Assembly: GCF_006345805.1 (NCBI RefSeq)
Contig: NW_021833424.1
Location: forward strand, 1-64,000
Origin: Octopus sinensis
Taxonomy: Eukaryota
Length of the DNA: 64,000 nucleotides
Direction: 5' to 3'
The first letter of the stretch is position 1, and every line of letters begins with the position of its first letter. The position numbers and the translations under genes are program-made. Positions 52,032 through 64,000 of the stretch are shown piece after piece. Under the pieces are notes generated by a model. That model was given only the letters and a program-made list of their open reading frames with translations, had not been told where the DNA came from and made no database searches.

Positions 52032-52299
52032 TACAGTTTTGAGCTGAGTGGGGGGGGGGTACTATATTCCCTTGTTCGAAAATATAAGAACACAGATCGT
52101 GTCGTATAGCCAGCTGGAGAAGATGTCTCCTGGGTCTAAATTACAGCAACATTCGTCCTAAACGAGGACGCCTTGTTATGTTGGCAAGCAATCTTTACTA
52201 GAAAATATTAAATATACTCTAGTTATAATTTAACTCCACGTTATATTTTGTAATAAAACTATGACTTCATTCGTTCTTATAAAACCCTTTCTATTTACA

Positions 52300-52680
52300 A
52301 GAGCCACAACGCTTGAAATTTAGGGTAAAGGGGTAGTCGATCATATATGGTGCCAGTACTGGATGGTATTTATTTTATCGACCCAGAAAAGATAAAATCG
52401 GCCTCGGCGGAATTTGAACTGAGAACATCGTGAGTATGGATGAAATATCTATTTCTTTACTACCCACAAGGGGCTGAACATAGAGGGGACAAACAAGGAC
52501 AGACAAACGGATTAAGTCGATTACATCGACCCAAGTGCGTAACTGGTACTTTATTTATCGACCCCGAGAGGATGAAAGGCAAAGTCGACCTCGCCGGAAT
52601 TTGAACTCAGAACGTAACGGCAGACGAAATACCGCTAAGCATTTCGCCCAGCGTGCTAACGCTTCTGCCAGCTCGCCAAG
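52300..52680 (-). mobile_element. SINE family A dimer; a further fragment lies at 52770-52895
   Basis: Head at about 52630-52680 and two body units. Confidence 0.8.
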
Positions 52681-53076
52681 CATTTCTCCCGATGTGGGAA
52701 CCGTTCTGAAAGCACACCACCTTAGTTACGTCTTTACATAATAATCCTTTCTACTATAGGCAGAAGGCATGGATTTTTGTGGGGAGGGGCACAATCGCTT
52801 ACATCGACCCCTCGGCGAAATTTGACCTCGGAACGTAGCGGCAGATGAAATGTTGCTCAGCATTTCTTCCGACGTACTAAAGATTCCGCCAGCACGCCAC
52901 ATTAATTATGTTTTTATATAAGACAAACTAAATATATGAACCAAAAAATAATGCTTATGGCCATTAACTAAATCACCCTAACTTAACTATTTCATGCAGA
53001 TATCACCATCTGTAATTTATTCTCCAAAGAACTTTAGTTTTCTACGCTAACCAGTGAATAATATTTCGCATTTGTT

Positions 53077-53480
53077 AAGGCGGTGAGCTGGCAGAATCGT
53101 TAGCACGCCAGGCGAAATGCTTAGCAGTACTTCGTTTGTTTCTACATTCTTAGTTCAGATTACGCCGAGGTCGACTTTGCCTTTCATCCTTTCGGGGTCG
53201 ATTAAATAAGTACCAGTTACGCACTGGGGTCGATGTAATCAACTTAATCCGTTTGTCTGTCCTTGTTTGTCCCTTCTGTGTTTAGCCCCTTGTGGGTAGT
53301 AAAGAAAAAGGTATTTCGTCTGTCTTTACGTTCTGAGTTCAGATTCCGCGGCGATCGACTTTACCTTTCATTCTTTTAGGGTCGATAAATTAACTACCAG
53401 TTGAGTACTGGGGTCGATCTAATCGACTGGCCCCCTCCCCAAAAATTTTGGGCCGTGTGCCTAGAGTAGAACAGAATATT
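53077..53480 (+). mobile_element. SINE family A dimer ending in the short-type tail
   Basis: Head, long-tail unit, gaaaaaggtatttcgtc junction, then a unit ending gactggccccctcccc. Confidence 0.85.
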
Positions 53481-54094
53481 TTTGCATTTGTTTATGATTT
53501 TTTTCGCCAACTTTTGTCAAGTCCATTGGAATTATCATTTTCTGGGAGATATAAAAATAACCAAAATATGTCACCAATTGCGAAGGGTTAATATTGCCTT
53601 TCCTCACCGTATCATCTTTAAAATCTTTTCCTTGTTTCAGTCATTAGAATGCGGCCATGCTGGAGCACTGCCTTGAAGAATTTTAGTCAAGCGACTCCAC
53701 CCCAGGACCTTTTTTTATTTTTTAAAGCGTGGTACTTATTCTATCGGTCCATTTTGCCGCATTGTTAAGGTGCGGGACATAAACAAACCAACACCGGTTG
53801 TCAAGCGGTGGTGGGTGACAAACACAGGGACAAAGACATACGCACGCATGCGTACACACACACACACACACACACAGAGACTTGACAGGCTTCTTTGATT
53901 CCGTCTACCAAATCCACTCACAATACTTTGATCGGCCCAAGGCTATCGCAGAAGACAGTTTGCCTAATGTGTCACGCTGTGGAACTGAACCTGTAACCAT
54001 GTGGTTAAGAAGCACACATTCTTACCACACAGCCATGCCTTCACCTATATAATTATTTCTAATTAACATCTATCATATTCCCAACCTTATATTC

Positions 54095-54570
54095 TTCTTT
54101 TACTCTTTTACTTGTTTCAGTCATTTGACAGCGGCCATGCTGGAGCACCGCCTTTAGTCGAGCAAATCGAACCCGAGACTTATTCTTTGTAAGCTCAGTA
54201 CTTATTCTATCGGTCTCTTTTGCCGAACCGCTAAGTGACGGGGACGTAAACACACCAGCATCGGTTGTCAAGCAATGCTAGGGGGACAGACACAGACACA
54301 CAAACATATACATACACATACATATCGGTTATCTTTCGAATTATCCTTAATAAGATAATTCATTCAACTACTCAAATACACATACATATATATATATACA
54401 TATATACGACAGGCTTCTTTCAGTTTCCGTCTACCAAATCCACTCACAAGGCATTGGTGGGTCCGAGGCTATAGCAGAAGACACTTGTCCAAGATGCCAC
54501 GCAGTGGGACTGAACCCGGAACCATGTGGTTGGTAAACAAGCTACTTACCACACAGCCACTCCTGCGCCT
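54095..54570 (-). mobile_element. SINE family B, full length; an older copy is adjacent at 53625-54050
   Basis: Matches 21909-22326. Confidence 0.9.
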
Positions 54571-54581
54571 ATATATATATA

Positions 54582-54663
<82 letters not shown>

Positions 54664-55629
54664 ATATATAATATTATATATATATATATTATATATATAT
54701 ATATAATAATAATAATACTTAACTCGTTATTCAAATGCTATAGTGAAGATTTGCAACCCATGGCATAAAAAGGCAGGACTAAATATTAAGTTAGTGAAAG
54801 GCCTGACATGTTGAAATTAGAGTTCCATGGCGACGTCGTTTCCCTGACCAGCTTGACCAGATTGACCAGTTTGCTCTTATCTTACTTTAAGAAATGATTT
54901 CCCAGCTCAGAGGTTAGCAGTACTCGATCCCAAATTGATATACGTTCGCTACGAAGTCTCTGTAGTAATTAACTTCTGAATCGTGTTTCTCAATAATTGC
55001 ACAAAGATAAGACAAGCCAGAAAACAATAGGAAAGAAACCAACGCCGTTCCTTCTATGTTTATGTTAGATTAGATTGTTTAAGTAAGTAATGAGATTATT
55101 GTTGTTCATTTTTCTCTATCTGATCATGTTTCCAGTCGCTGTTGAGCTGGCGGAGTCGTTAGCACCTCGGATAAAAACGCTGAGCGGGTTTCCTTCCGGC
55201 TCTTAAGATTCAGAGTTCAAATCCTCTCGAGGTCAACTTTACTTTTCTTTTTTTCAGAGTCTACAGAATAAACTACTAGCCAAGAACTGGGGTCGATTTA
55301 ATCGACTGCCCTTCCCCTCAAAACTGTTCTCTTTTTAACTGCGGGGTCACTCCGAAAAGCTCTATCTGCGACGAGATAGTGAGGATGCCGACTACCGCTC
55401 GGTTCAAAGTCTCCCTTGACCACAAGTGGCCTGAACTCTTTACATGAACACCACCCTGTACATAACTCCATGTCCCCCTACATGGCCTTGCTTTTTGCTT
55501 TTTGAGCCAAAGAATTAACTTAACTTAACTTAATTTAACTCTGTTACCGACTGGCCGGCGTTTCATCCAGGATTATGTTGTGATCTTGGTCACGTATAAC
55601 CACCCGTATGAAACAGGTAACCACCCTTA

Positions 55630-57000
55630 TGAAAGTGTGACCATGCTGGAGCACCGCCAATTTAATCACCTTTTCAAAGATCGATCTTATGTGATTGGTT
55701 TTTGGTGAAGGAGGAAGTTCATCAGTTGTCTCAACACCCAGACATAATGCAGCGAAAAGCTGCATAAGACAACTTCCTTCTGAGCGGATATAATGCTGGG
55801 TGTCAGGAAACAAGTCATTATCTTCGAGAAACGGGAACAGTTTCCTCCTCACAATCAGTTCCATAACTTTGCTGACATTGGTTGTTAGAGAGACAACTCT
55901 ATAAATTTTAGCAGCTGCTTTGCTACCTCCCTTATGGATAGGGTATAGAATGCCTTCCTTTAACTTTTTGGGAAGTCTCCCAGTTGCGAGAAGCCCTGGA
56001 AGAGAATCTGTAGTGGTCTTGCTAGATACCCTTTGCATTTCTTCAGGAGGATTGCTGGAAATCCATCGGGGCCTCTGGCTGAGTTCGAAATCATTTCATG
56101 AATGGCTGATGTTGCATCTATATTTTTCTGTTGGTTTGGCATTTTCTCTGGAGCAAACTTACTGCAGATATCATGCATGATTGTCAGACAATTATGTAGC
56201 TTTATGCCAATATATTGCGTAGAGAGACTTGCAGACCAGTTTTGTCCCATGAACTCTTTCTCAACACTCTTCCAGACATACTTATGAAAGTTCAGTCTGG
56301 AGAGGAATTCTAATGGTCTGCACGTCAGCAGATTTTTGCGGACCATACATAATTGTATTAAGTTATGATCCGAGGGAGTCATGGGTGTCACCTTAACATT
56401 ATTGATGAGTATCACGTTATTTGTGGGGTAAAATGAAGAGCTTGCTTGTGAGGTTGAGCAGAGATTCTACTTGTCTCTGTTCATGAAGTGACATACACTT
56501 GAGAAGGCAGCCTTCAGGTCATTCAACATTAGGGAGGTTGAAGTCTCCTAAAAGAAGAATGTAAAAGTTATCAACGTTGGTTAACACTTCTTCCATCTTT
56601 TTGAGGCTGTCTTCGAATGATTCCCTATGATTTGGAGCATCTTGTGGGTGTTATGTAGGACATATCACCATTTTCATGTTTAATGTGTATCACCAGAGTG
56701 TCACAGACTGAGTTGAATGTGACAGCATGACTGCAGGCGTGACATCATTCCGGTTACACATTGCAATTCTACCATGAGTCCTTTCTCTCCTGTCAGTTCG
56801 CAACACAGCTTACTTTGATAAGTATATTTCAGCATCCGACACATCAGCGTTCAGATGTGTTTCAAAAGTGCCGCGCATATTGCTTGTCTACAGGTCACTG
56901 AATCTCTCACGCTTTAAGTTTTGCGTTGGTGGGACATTACAAGGCCCCTGATGTTCAACAGGAATAGTAGGGCGACATGTACTGTGTTGGTAGTGATCAT
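55630..57000 (-). mobile_element. Same LINE family, copy 3: endonuclease to N-terminal RT, then a tail-like sequence
   Basis: LLGDFNLP, SDHNLIQL, ARGPDGFPAILLKKC, LYPIHKGGSK, LMQL; ggcggtgctccagcatgg at 55631-55648. Confidence 0.85.
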
Positions 57001-58319
57001 TGGTCTAACATACGTATAGGTGTAAGAGGTGACCACCCTGACTCTTTTGTTGTTTGGGTTGGTCTTGTTTCTCAGAGGATGTTTGTTTAATCATGTATCC
57101 TAGAGGTTGCTATTTGCTTACGACTAACATTATTCGCTGGTTTATGTTACCGTATTGTATGACAATATTAACAATGAAATCACAACTTGTGGTTGCTTTG
57201 ATATCGTAGTTTATGCTTAATTGCATGTCAGCGTCGTGACAAATCCGACAGGTATTTCTCAAATATAACACGTGATCACCAGAAGAATATTCTGAAAAAA
57301 GGGGAAAGACAACTCGGTGACGTCATGGTGAGTTGGTGTGTGAAAGATTTCTAGGTGAGAAGTCGAGGGTTCGAATCATGGTTTGTTTTACTGCTACCGT
57401 GTTGCGCTCACGGTCAAACATTTACATACTAATCTCTTTCTCTCTCCCTCTCTTTTCCCTTCTCTCTCCCCCTCCCCCTCTCTCCCCTCTCTCTCTCTAG
57501 CTATAAATATCAATAGTTAACAAAAACTAACGAGGTGAGCTGACAGAAACATTAGCATATCGGACGAAATGCATAGTTGCATTTCTTCCGGTTCTTTGCT
57601 TCCTGAATTCAAGTCTCACCAAGGTCGTCTTTACCTTTCATCGTTTAGGGGTCCATAGAATAAAGAACCAGCCATGCACTAGGTACGATGTAATCGACTA
57701 ATCCTTCTCCTCTAAAACTCTGTGGCTTTGATCCCTGCAAACTAACCGGTGTCCAGTTAAGGGGTGAATGTTTTGATGTCAGGCACTTACATGCCACAGA
57801 AACTGGGCGATCGGCCTTACGTGCCACAGGACTCGAGAAAAATAAAAAGCAAACATGAGAATCACTAAGCTCTGCAATCAGTCATGTATTTGACCCTAGC
57901 CCTTTGCCTTTTATATATTATGAATTAGTCCTCGCTTATACATACATTCGAAACTGAAAACTTTTACCATAAAAATCAACATGTATTGTATGGAGAACGC
58001 CTTAGAGGCACCACCAAGGTTATTTGTGATTTCTCTGATTTTGTCACGTGAAGTGGATCATGAATTTATATTATTATTATATCTCTGTACGAAACGATCG
58101 TCTGCAAGAATTAAACGTCTTTTAAATTTTAACAATTTCTCCCCTCCATTTAAAAAAAAAGTTGATGGGATTTATGGAACTCATGCCATGAATTCATCAT
58201 ACATTATACACAAGTACTACTTTCATACCTTCGCAAATTTACGCATGTAAACTCCCAGCAAAGTATGAAGAATCCACATTGGAAACGTCCAATTAAAGGA
58301 TGAATCCACATTCAACCTT

Positions 58320-58360
<41 letters not shown>

Positions 58361-58397
58361 GTATATATAAAAATTAGCTACAGGATATCCAGAGGTA

Positions 58398-58485
58398 ATG
58401 CAGTACGATCGTTTCAAGCGACTCCATTTAATTGAACAATGCAATCATTACATCAATTTAAATGCAGAACAATCCTCAGCTGCAT
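58398..58485 (-). ncRNA. Type-I hammerhead ribozyme motif with long stem II
   Basis: ATGCAG-CTGAGGA-[57 nt including CATTTAAATTGA/TCAATTAAATG]-GAAAC-GATC-GTA|CTGCAT. 6-bp stem I and palindromic ACGAUCGU; the base of stem II is poorly paired. Confidence 0.65.
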
Positions 58486-58554
58486 AAATACATAAAATTA
58501 AATTAAATTAAAACAGATGGACACATTACTATAATTTTACCTAACACATATATA

Positions 58555-58600
<46 letters not shown>

Positions 58601-58615
58601 ATATATATATATATC

Positions 58616-58687
<72 letters not shown>

Positions 58688-58705
58688 ATATATATATAAT
58701 ATATA

Positions 58706-58736
<31 letters not shown>

Positions 58737-58749
58737 CATATATATATGT

Positions 58750-59060
58750 GAAGGGTGGCTATAAAGTCACACACCGTCCTGTAATATGTGAAATTGATAA
58801 CATTCTCGTTTTTTTTTATCTCTTTTCCCAACTGCTGATATTACTCACAAACCAATCCTCACTGGATGGAGGCAGCTAATCAACAAGACGGGGGCAACGT
58901 AATGGTGTGGTATGAGATTTAGCACAATTAACTAATTGGACCATTTTATTTTGAGGGCTCTGTGACAGGTGATTCGCATGTGAACATGCTTGGCAACAAG
59001 GTAATGCTTCACGTGCCTTCACGTGGAAGGGTTACAATCACCTCTGCTAGTATTACAGTT
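58750..59060 (+). mobile_element. Tc1/mariner transposase remnant
   Basis: NPHWMEAANQQDGGNVMVWYEI*HN*LIGPFYFEGSVTGDSHVNML (58854-58991); TIR-like agggtggctataaagtc at the left end. Confidence 0.7.
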
Positions 59061-59739
59061 GAATCGTTGTTCTAAAATGTTTATTGTAGCAGTTTTGTTT
59101 TACATCTTACTGTATGGAATACATTATATAAATTTACAGAGAGAGAGAGAGAGAGAGAGAGCTGGGAGATGCTGTGTGCGTTTGAGCGTGAACTTCTAAA
59201 ACGTAAATTCAAGGTGGGGACCAATTTCGTTTTCCATTTTAATGTTCTTCCTTATTCAAGTTTATTTAAAGGCAATAAATATTTTTCTTTTGAAATTTAG
59301 TAATTTTTTAAACATTCTATGTAGAAATTTGATAAAGATTAAATTATAATTATTGCATATAGACCATATTTCCTGATATTACTGACGATGGCAAAAGTAT
59401 ACATCTAAAGTTGGCATTCCTATGACGGGTAACATTCTGATGGATTTCATAAAAGAGCTACACCGAATTTCCTGTTTTCAATTCAGCAAATGATCGAAAC
59501 ATCAACCTGGTAGAATTATGAGAGCATCGGACTCAATGGCTGTCGATATTCTTCTGATTCTATAATTTCTGAGTTCAGTTCGGCTTCTCCTTTTATCCCT
59601 GCTGGATCGATAAAATAAAGTACGACTCAAAGACAAGGGTCGATTAAATTGACCAAGCCCCTTCCCTCAAAATTATTAGCCTTGAGCCTAAAGTAGAAAC
59701 AATTCAGCTGTCTATAGAAAGATGAAGTACAGAATAGGC

Positions 59740-59906
59740 AGAGGAGAGAGAGTGTGGTGAACAGCTTGGCTCTCAACCACATGGTTCTTGGTTCAGTCCC
59801 GCTACGTGGCACCTTGACCAAGTATCTCCTATATTAGGCTCGGGTCGACCAAAGTCGTGTGAGGGGATTTGGTAGACAGAAACTGAAAGAAGCCCGTCGT
59901 GTGTGT

Positions 59907-59943
<37 letters not shown>

Positions 59944-60180
59944 TGTGTGTGTGTGTGTGTGTGAGTGTGTGTGTGTGTGTATTTCTTTGTGTCTCTGTTC
60001 GTCCCGCACCAGCATCCGACAGCCGATATTGGTGTGTCCACATCACCGTAACTTAACGGTTCAGCAAAAGAGATGACGGAAGAAGTACCAGACTTTAAAA
60101 GTAAAATATATCGGATTTGGTTCATTCGATTAAAACATTCTTGAGAACGGTACCCCAGCATGGCCGCAGTCTACTGTCTG
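59740..60180 (+). mobile_element. SINE family B, diverged
   Basis: ggttcagtccc, gcaccttgaccaagt, tail ggtaccccagcatggccgcagtc. Confidence 0.8.
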
Positions 60181-60832
60181 CTATAAAAAAAAATGTATGT
60201 TAACGAGTGAAAGTGTCTGAGTAACTAACAAGAAAGAATCTGTGAGATTCTAAAACTAAAATAAAGACATCTTTTTTTTATTTGATTATTTAATTCAGGG
60301 ATGTTTGATAGCAGCTCTATTTTTGAGAACTTCTGGAGTCTTTGTCCGAGCGCTTTGAAGAGAGTAAACCCTACTAAAGACAAGCAAAGGTTATGTGAAA
60401 GCGATAGATCAGGGCAGAGATTGAAGTCTTCCACCGAAAAGGAACAGTCCATGCCACAGGTTTTTACAATCCAGAATTCGTGAGATCGAACACGGAACAA
60501 CGGAGTGGCAAAGTGATCTCCTTAACCACACGACCATCCCTGGAACATTGTCGGAAAGATACGATATTGGAGCGAAAATGATGCTCTGGTTTTTGTGACA
60601 ACAGTGTTTTGGTAAATTTCACTCTACATCCCATGTCTGTGGTGGTGAGGGAAGGGAAGTTGTAGAGGGTGTTATGGGTTCTTCAGTATTCTTGGAAATA
60701 ACGAATTCCTAATTTGCAGATTTTAGCTTTTGTTTGGTATCTTAACGAATCAAAGAACCGACCATTCTGTTGAACAGAAGTCAGCTTTTCATTGAAGAAG
60801 TGGCCATCTATAGAAGATCGTAGATGAGTAGT

Positions 60833-60879
<47 letters not shown>

Positions 60880-61454
60880 TGATGATGATGATGATGAGGA
60901 GGAGGAGGAGGAGGGGGATAATGATAATAATAATAATACTAACTGGTTAATAAATGGTTAATGTTACATCCCTTACTTAAGACCAGTTCTGTCTGGGAAT
61001 TTATCTGCTAATTCTAGCGAATCCCAGTAGATTTCTAATTAATCCGATATTAATGAGCTTGAGCATCGAAGTTGTCCAAATCTGGAAATAATACATCATT
61101 AACAATCGTATTTTCTGGAATTAAACATCTTAAGAATATTGTTATTGAGACAGGATTTGATGAGATCCAACACCAAGAGAACTTTGTGTTCGCTGTCATA
61201 TCTGCCAAAAAATGGTTTAGTGAGAGGGGAAGAGTAAAGTTCATGGAATCTGCGCGAACCACGATGCTTATGGTGCGGGAAGCGAGGGACGAACCTGAAT
61301 GCATTGAACACTGCGATAGAAAACCTCACCTAATGGCATCTTCAGACTCCACACCTTCTCCGAATACCATAAACAGTGTGAACTCTGCTAGTGAGGCATC
61401 CAGAGACCAGGCCTTGGTCATAGACAGCGACATATTAAGTCTAACATCATATAG

Positions 61455-61608
61455 ACGCCACTGCGTAAATGGTACTTATTTAATCGACCCCGAAAGGATG
61501 AAAGGCAAAGTCAACCTCGGCGGAATTTGAACTCAGAACGTAGAGACGGGCGAAATATGGCTACGCATTTCGCCCGGCGTGCTAACGTTTCTGCCAGCTC
61601 GCCGCCTT
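61455..61608 (-). mobile_element. SINE family A, 5' part
   Basis: Head and CORE-like body. Confidence 0.85.
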
Positions 61609-62729
61609 ATCCAACTCCATGCCTTCAAGTACAACCACCACAACAATAAACTGCAACAACAACAACAACAGCAATAACAGCAACCATCCAAGCAACTGTC
61701 ACGTCCATTATTCACGTCTGAAAGGTGTAAGGTTCGATCTGAAGACGCCGCTGGAAGACTGCCTTATTAATCCCAGGTTCGGAAATGCATTTTCTGGCAA
61801 TGCACTACTACCACCGCCACTACAACGGGGGTCACCACACCCAACGCTGCCGCCTCCATCAGCACCACCATCGCTACAACCACTACTATGATCAACAACA
61901 ACCCCATTATCGATACTAACACCAACACCACTGGCAATGCAACACCAACATCACCCCGACCAGCGCCTCCATGAACACCAATACCAACAACACCACCACC
62001 GCCAACAACAACCCAAACAACACCCGCCTATCCCCCACAAACACAACCCCCACCATCTTTGTACTACTAATAACTATTACATACTTCCTTATGCTTTTAC
62101 CCAGCCATCTACCCGGTTATCGGCGCCACCCCATTTTACTTTAAAGTATAATACAGATCCTGACCATCACCACCACCCCATTTGCAACACACACGGACAC
62201 ACCGCCAAACATCAAACTTCAACCTCCCACTCCACTTCGCCCGGCTAAAGTGACACAATGTTATTCAATGACAGACTTCTCAGTTTCGTCTATGCTACAC
62301 CACCGCCACGACGACGACGACCACCACCACCACCACCACCATCACCACTACCAACACATCCACCACCACCACCACCACTACTAACACCACTACCATCACC
62401 ACCCCCATCACTACGAGAAACAACTTTAACTCATCCCCCTCATAACAAACTTCAGGAAACCTCTAAGAGCTAGCTGAGATTGCGAGAAATAGCAGTTATA
62501 TTTTCCTTACATTACATCACACCGTTCATGTCTTAAAAGGACACTTTGAATGATGTTGTCCCATGTCTGGAAACGTTTGCAGTCGTACGTTTGCTCGAAC
62601 AAAACAAACCTATGGGTAAACAACAGTTTTCAATGAAATGAGGGATTATCTTTAAGAATGGGCAAAACCCTGACTCGTGAGCAAAGTATAAGTGTGTGTG
62701 TGTGTGTGTATAAAGAGATAGATAGATAC

Positions 62730-62761
<32 letters not shown>

Positions 62762-62774
62762 GTAGACAGATACA

Positions 62775-62903
<129 letters not shown>

Positions 62904-63039
62904 CCGTTGTGGGATTTGTGAGAATCCAGATATATCGACAGGGATTGGCTGGGTCCGTAGTATTGAGCTGACACTACGTTGACGCACCGCTTAGTTGCTG
63001 ATTGGCGGTAGTATACTGTAAGTATGTATATAGCGCCAT

Positions 63040-63215
63040 GATTGACCGCTGGCCACAAAAGCCTTTTTTTATTCTCCCTCTGTTTATTTTCTCGTTCTCC
63101 TTTCTGTTGAAGAGCATAGGCTCGAAACGTAAAAGACTTTCTCACCTTCCCTAGCGTTAAACTAATATACTTGTTTGTTGTTTACACGACTGTCTTCGTC
63201 TTTTGTATTTTTGTA
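63040..63215 (+). mobile_element. Family H element with hammerhead-like motif at 63100-63135
   Basis: CTTT-CTGTTGA-A-GAGC-ATAG-GCTC-GAAAC-GTA|AAAG. Confidence 0.7.
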
Positions 63216-63643
63216 AATTCCAATTATATATATGTACACGCACACATCGATCTATATATAGAGAGAAAAACATACAGGCGGAGAGATATATACATAAGTA
63301 CCCAGTCAATATAAAATATGGATCCAACCCAGGGATGGTTCCAAGAGTAGCTTAAACTGAAAGGAAAACACAGTGGGGTTCAAAAGACAGTGAATAACAA
63401 ATCAATGATGTCGTCGCAAATAGCTGGCGATCTGGGTAAATATTTGTTATTAGCGACTGAAGAAGGAATCTGTATATCTTACTTAACGTGGATATACGTT
63501 AAACTAATGAATACATCGAGGCCGATGAGTTGAATATTGGTGAAATCAAACTATCATAAAACTAATAATGTTTGGGACCACGAAATATAAACATGATTGT
63601 GTTGTGGAAGTCAACAATTTTATTTGACATTAATAGGGTCTAC

Positions 63644-64000
63644 TAAGGCGGCAGAATCGTTAGCACGCCGGACGAAATGCGTAGCCGTATTTCGTCTGCC
63701 GTTACGTTCTGAGTTCAAATTCTGCCGAGGTCGACATTGCCTTTCATCCTTTCGGAGTCGATAAATTAAGTACCAGTTACGCACTGGGGTCGATATAATC
63801 AACTTAATCCGTTTGTCTGTCCTTGTTTGCCCTCTCTGTGTTTAGACCCTTGTGGGTAGTTAAGAAATAGGTATTTCGTCTGTCTTTATGCGAGGCATCT
63901 TGGGCAAGTGTCTTCTGCTATAGCCTCGGGCCCACCAATGCCTTGTGAGTGGATTTGGTAGACGGAAACTGAAAGAAGCCTGTCGTATATATGTATATAT
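63644..64000 (+). mobile_element. SINE A fused to the CORE-like region of SINE B
   Basis: A head and body to about 63890, then cgaggcatcttgggcaagtgtcttc of family B without its own head. Confidence 0.8.

Noticed and set aside
58262-58296. ATGAAGA-ATCCACATTG-GAAACGTC hammerhead-like string
   Set aside because: C3 is mutated and stem I does not pair.

Overview
AT-rich, microsatellite-saturated animal genomic DNA, most likely octopus/cephalopod (inferred from recognising the repeat families; not database-checked). It is intronic or intergenic, and no host gene can be called with confidence. Almost all ORFs in the supplied track are artefacts of simple repeats. The real coding remnants are all transposon-derived: four copies of one CR1/L2-group APE-RT LINE family, three restriction-like-endonuclease (R4/Dong-like) retrotransposon fragments, a Penelope-like GIY-YIG fragment, an RTE-like zinc-finger end and two Tc1/mariner remnants. 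Non-coding elements include a non-autonomous Helitron, hAT-type MITEs and three abundant tRNA-derived SINE families (labelled A, B and C here). The main discovery is a set of minimal type-I hammerhead ribozyme motifs read directly from the sequence: six with an intact CUGANGA/GAAA core (two of them an inverted pair) plus a five-copy family with an A6U core variant. They have palindromic stem III, sit mostly in or near microsatellite tracts, and are linked to fold-back palindromes, which points to Penelope-type ribozyme-bearing termini. Other highlights are a LINE/SINE shared 3' stem-loop with a compensatory base pair, head-plus-tandem-body SINE multimers, and a mariner derivative with two 5' ends. 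Repeat boundaries are approximate (about 10-20 bp) unless motif-level coordinates are given.
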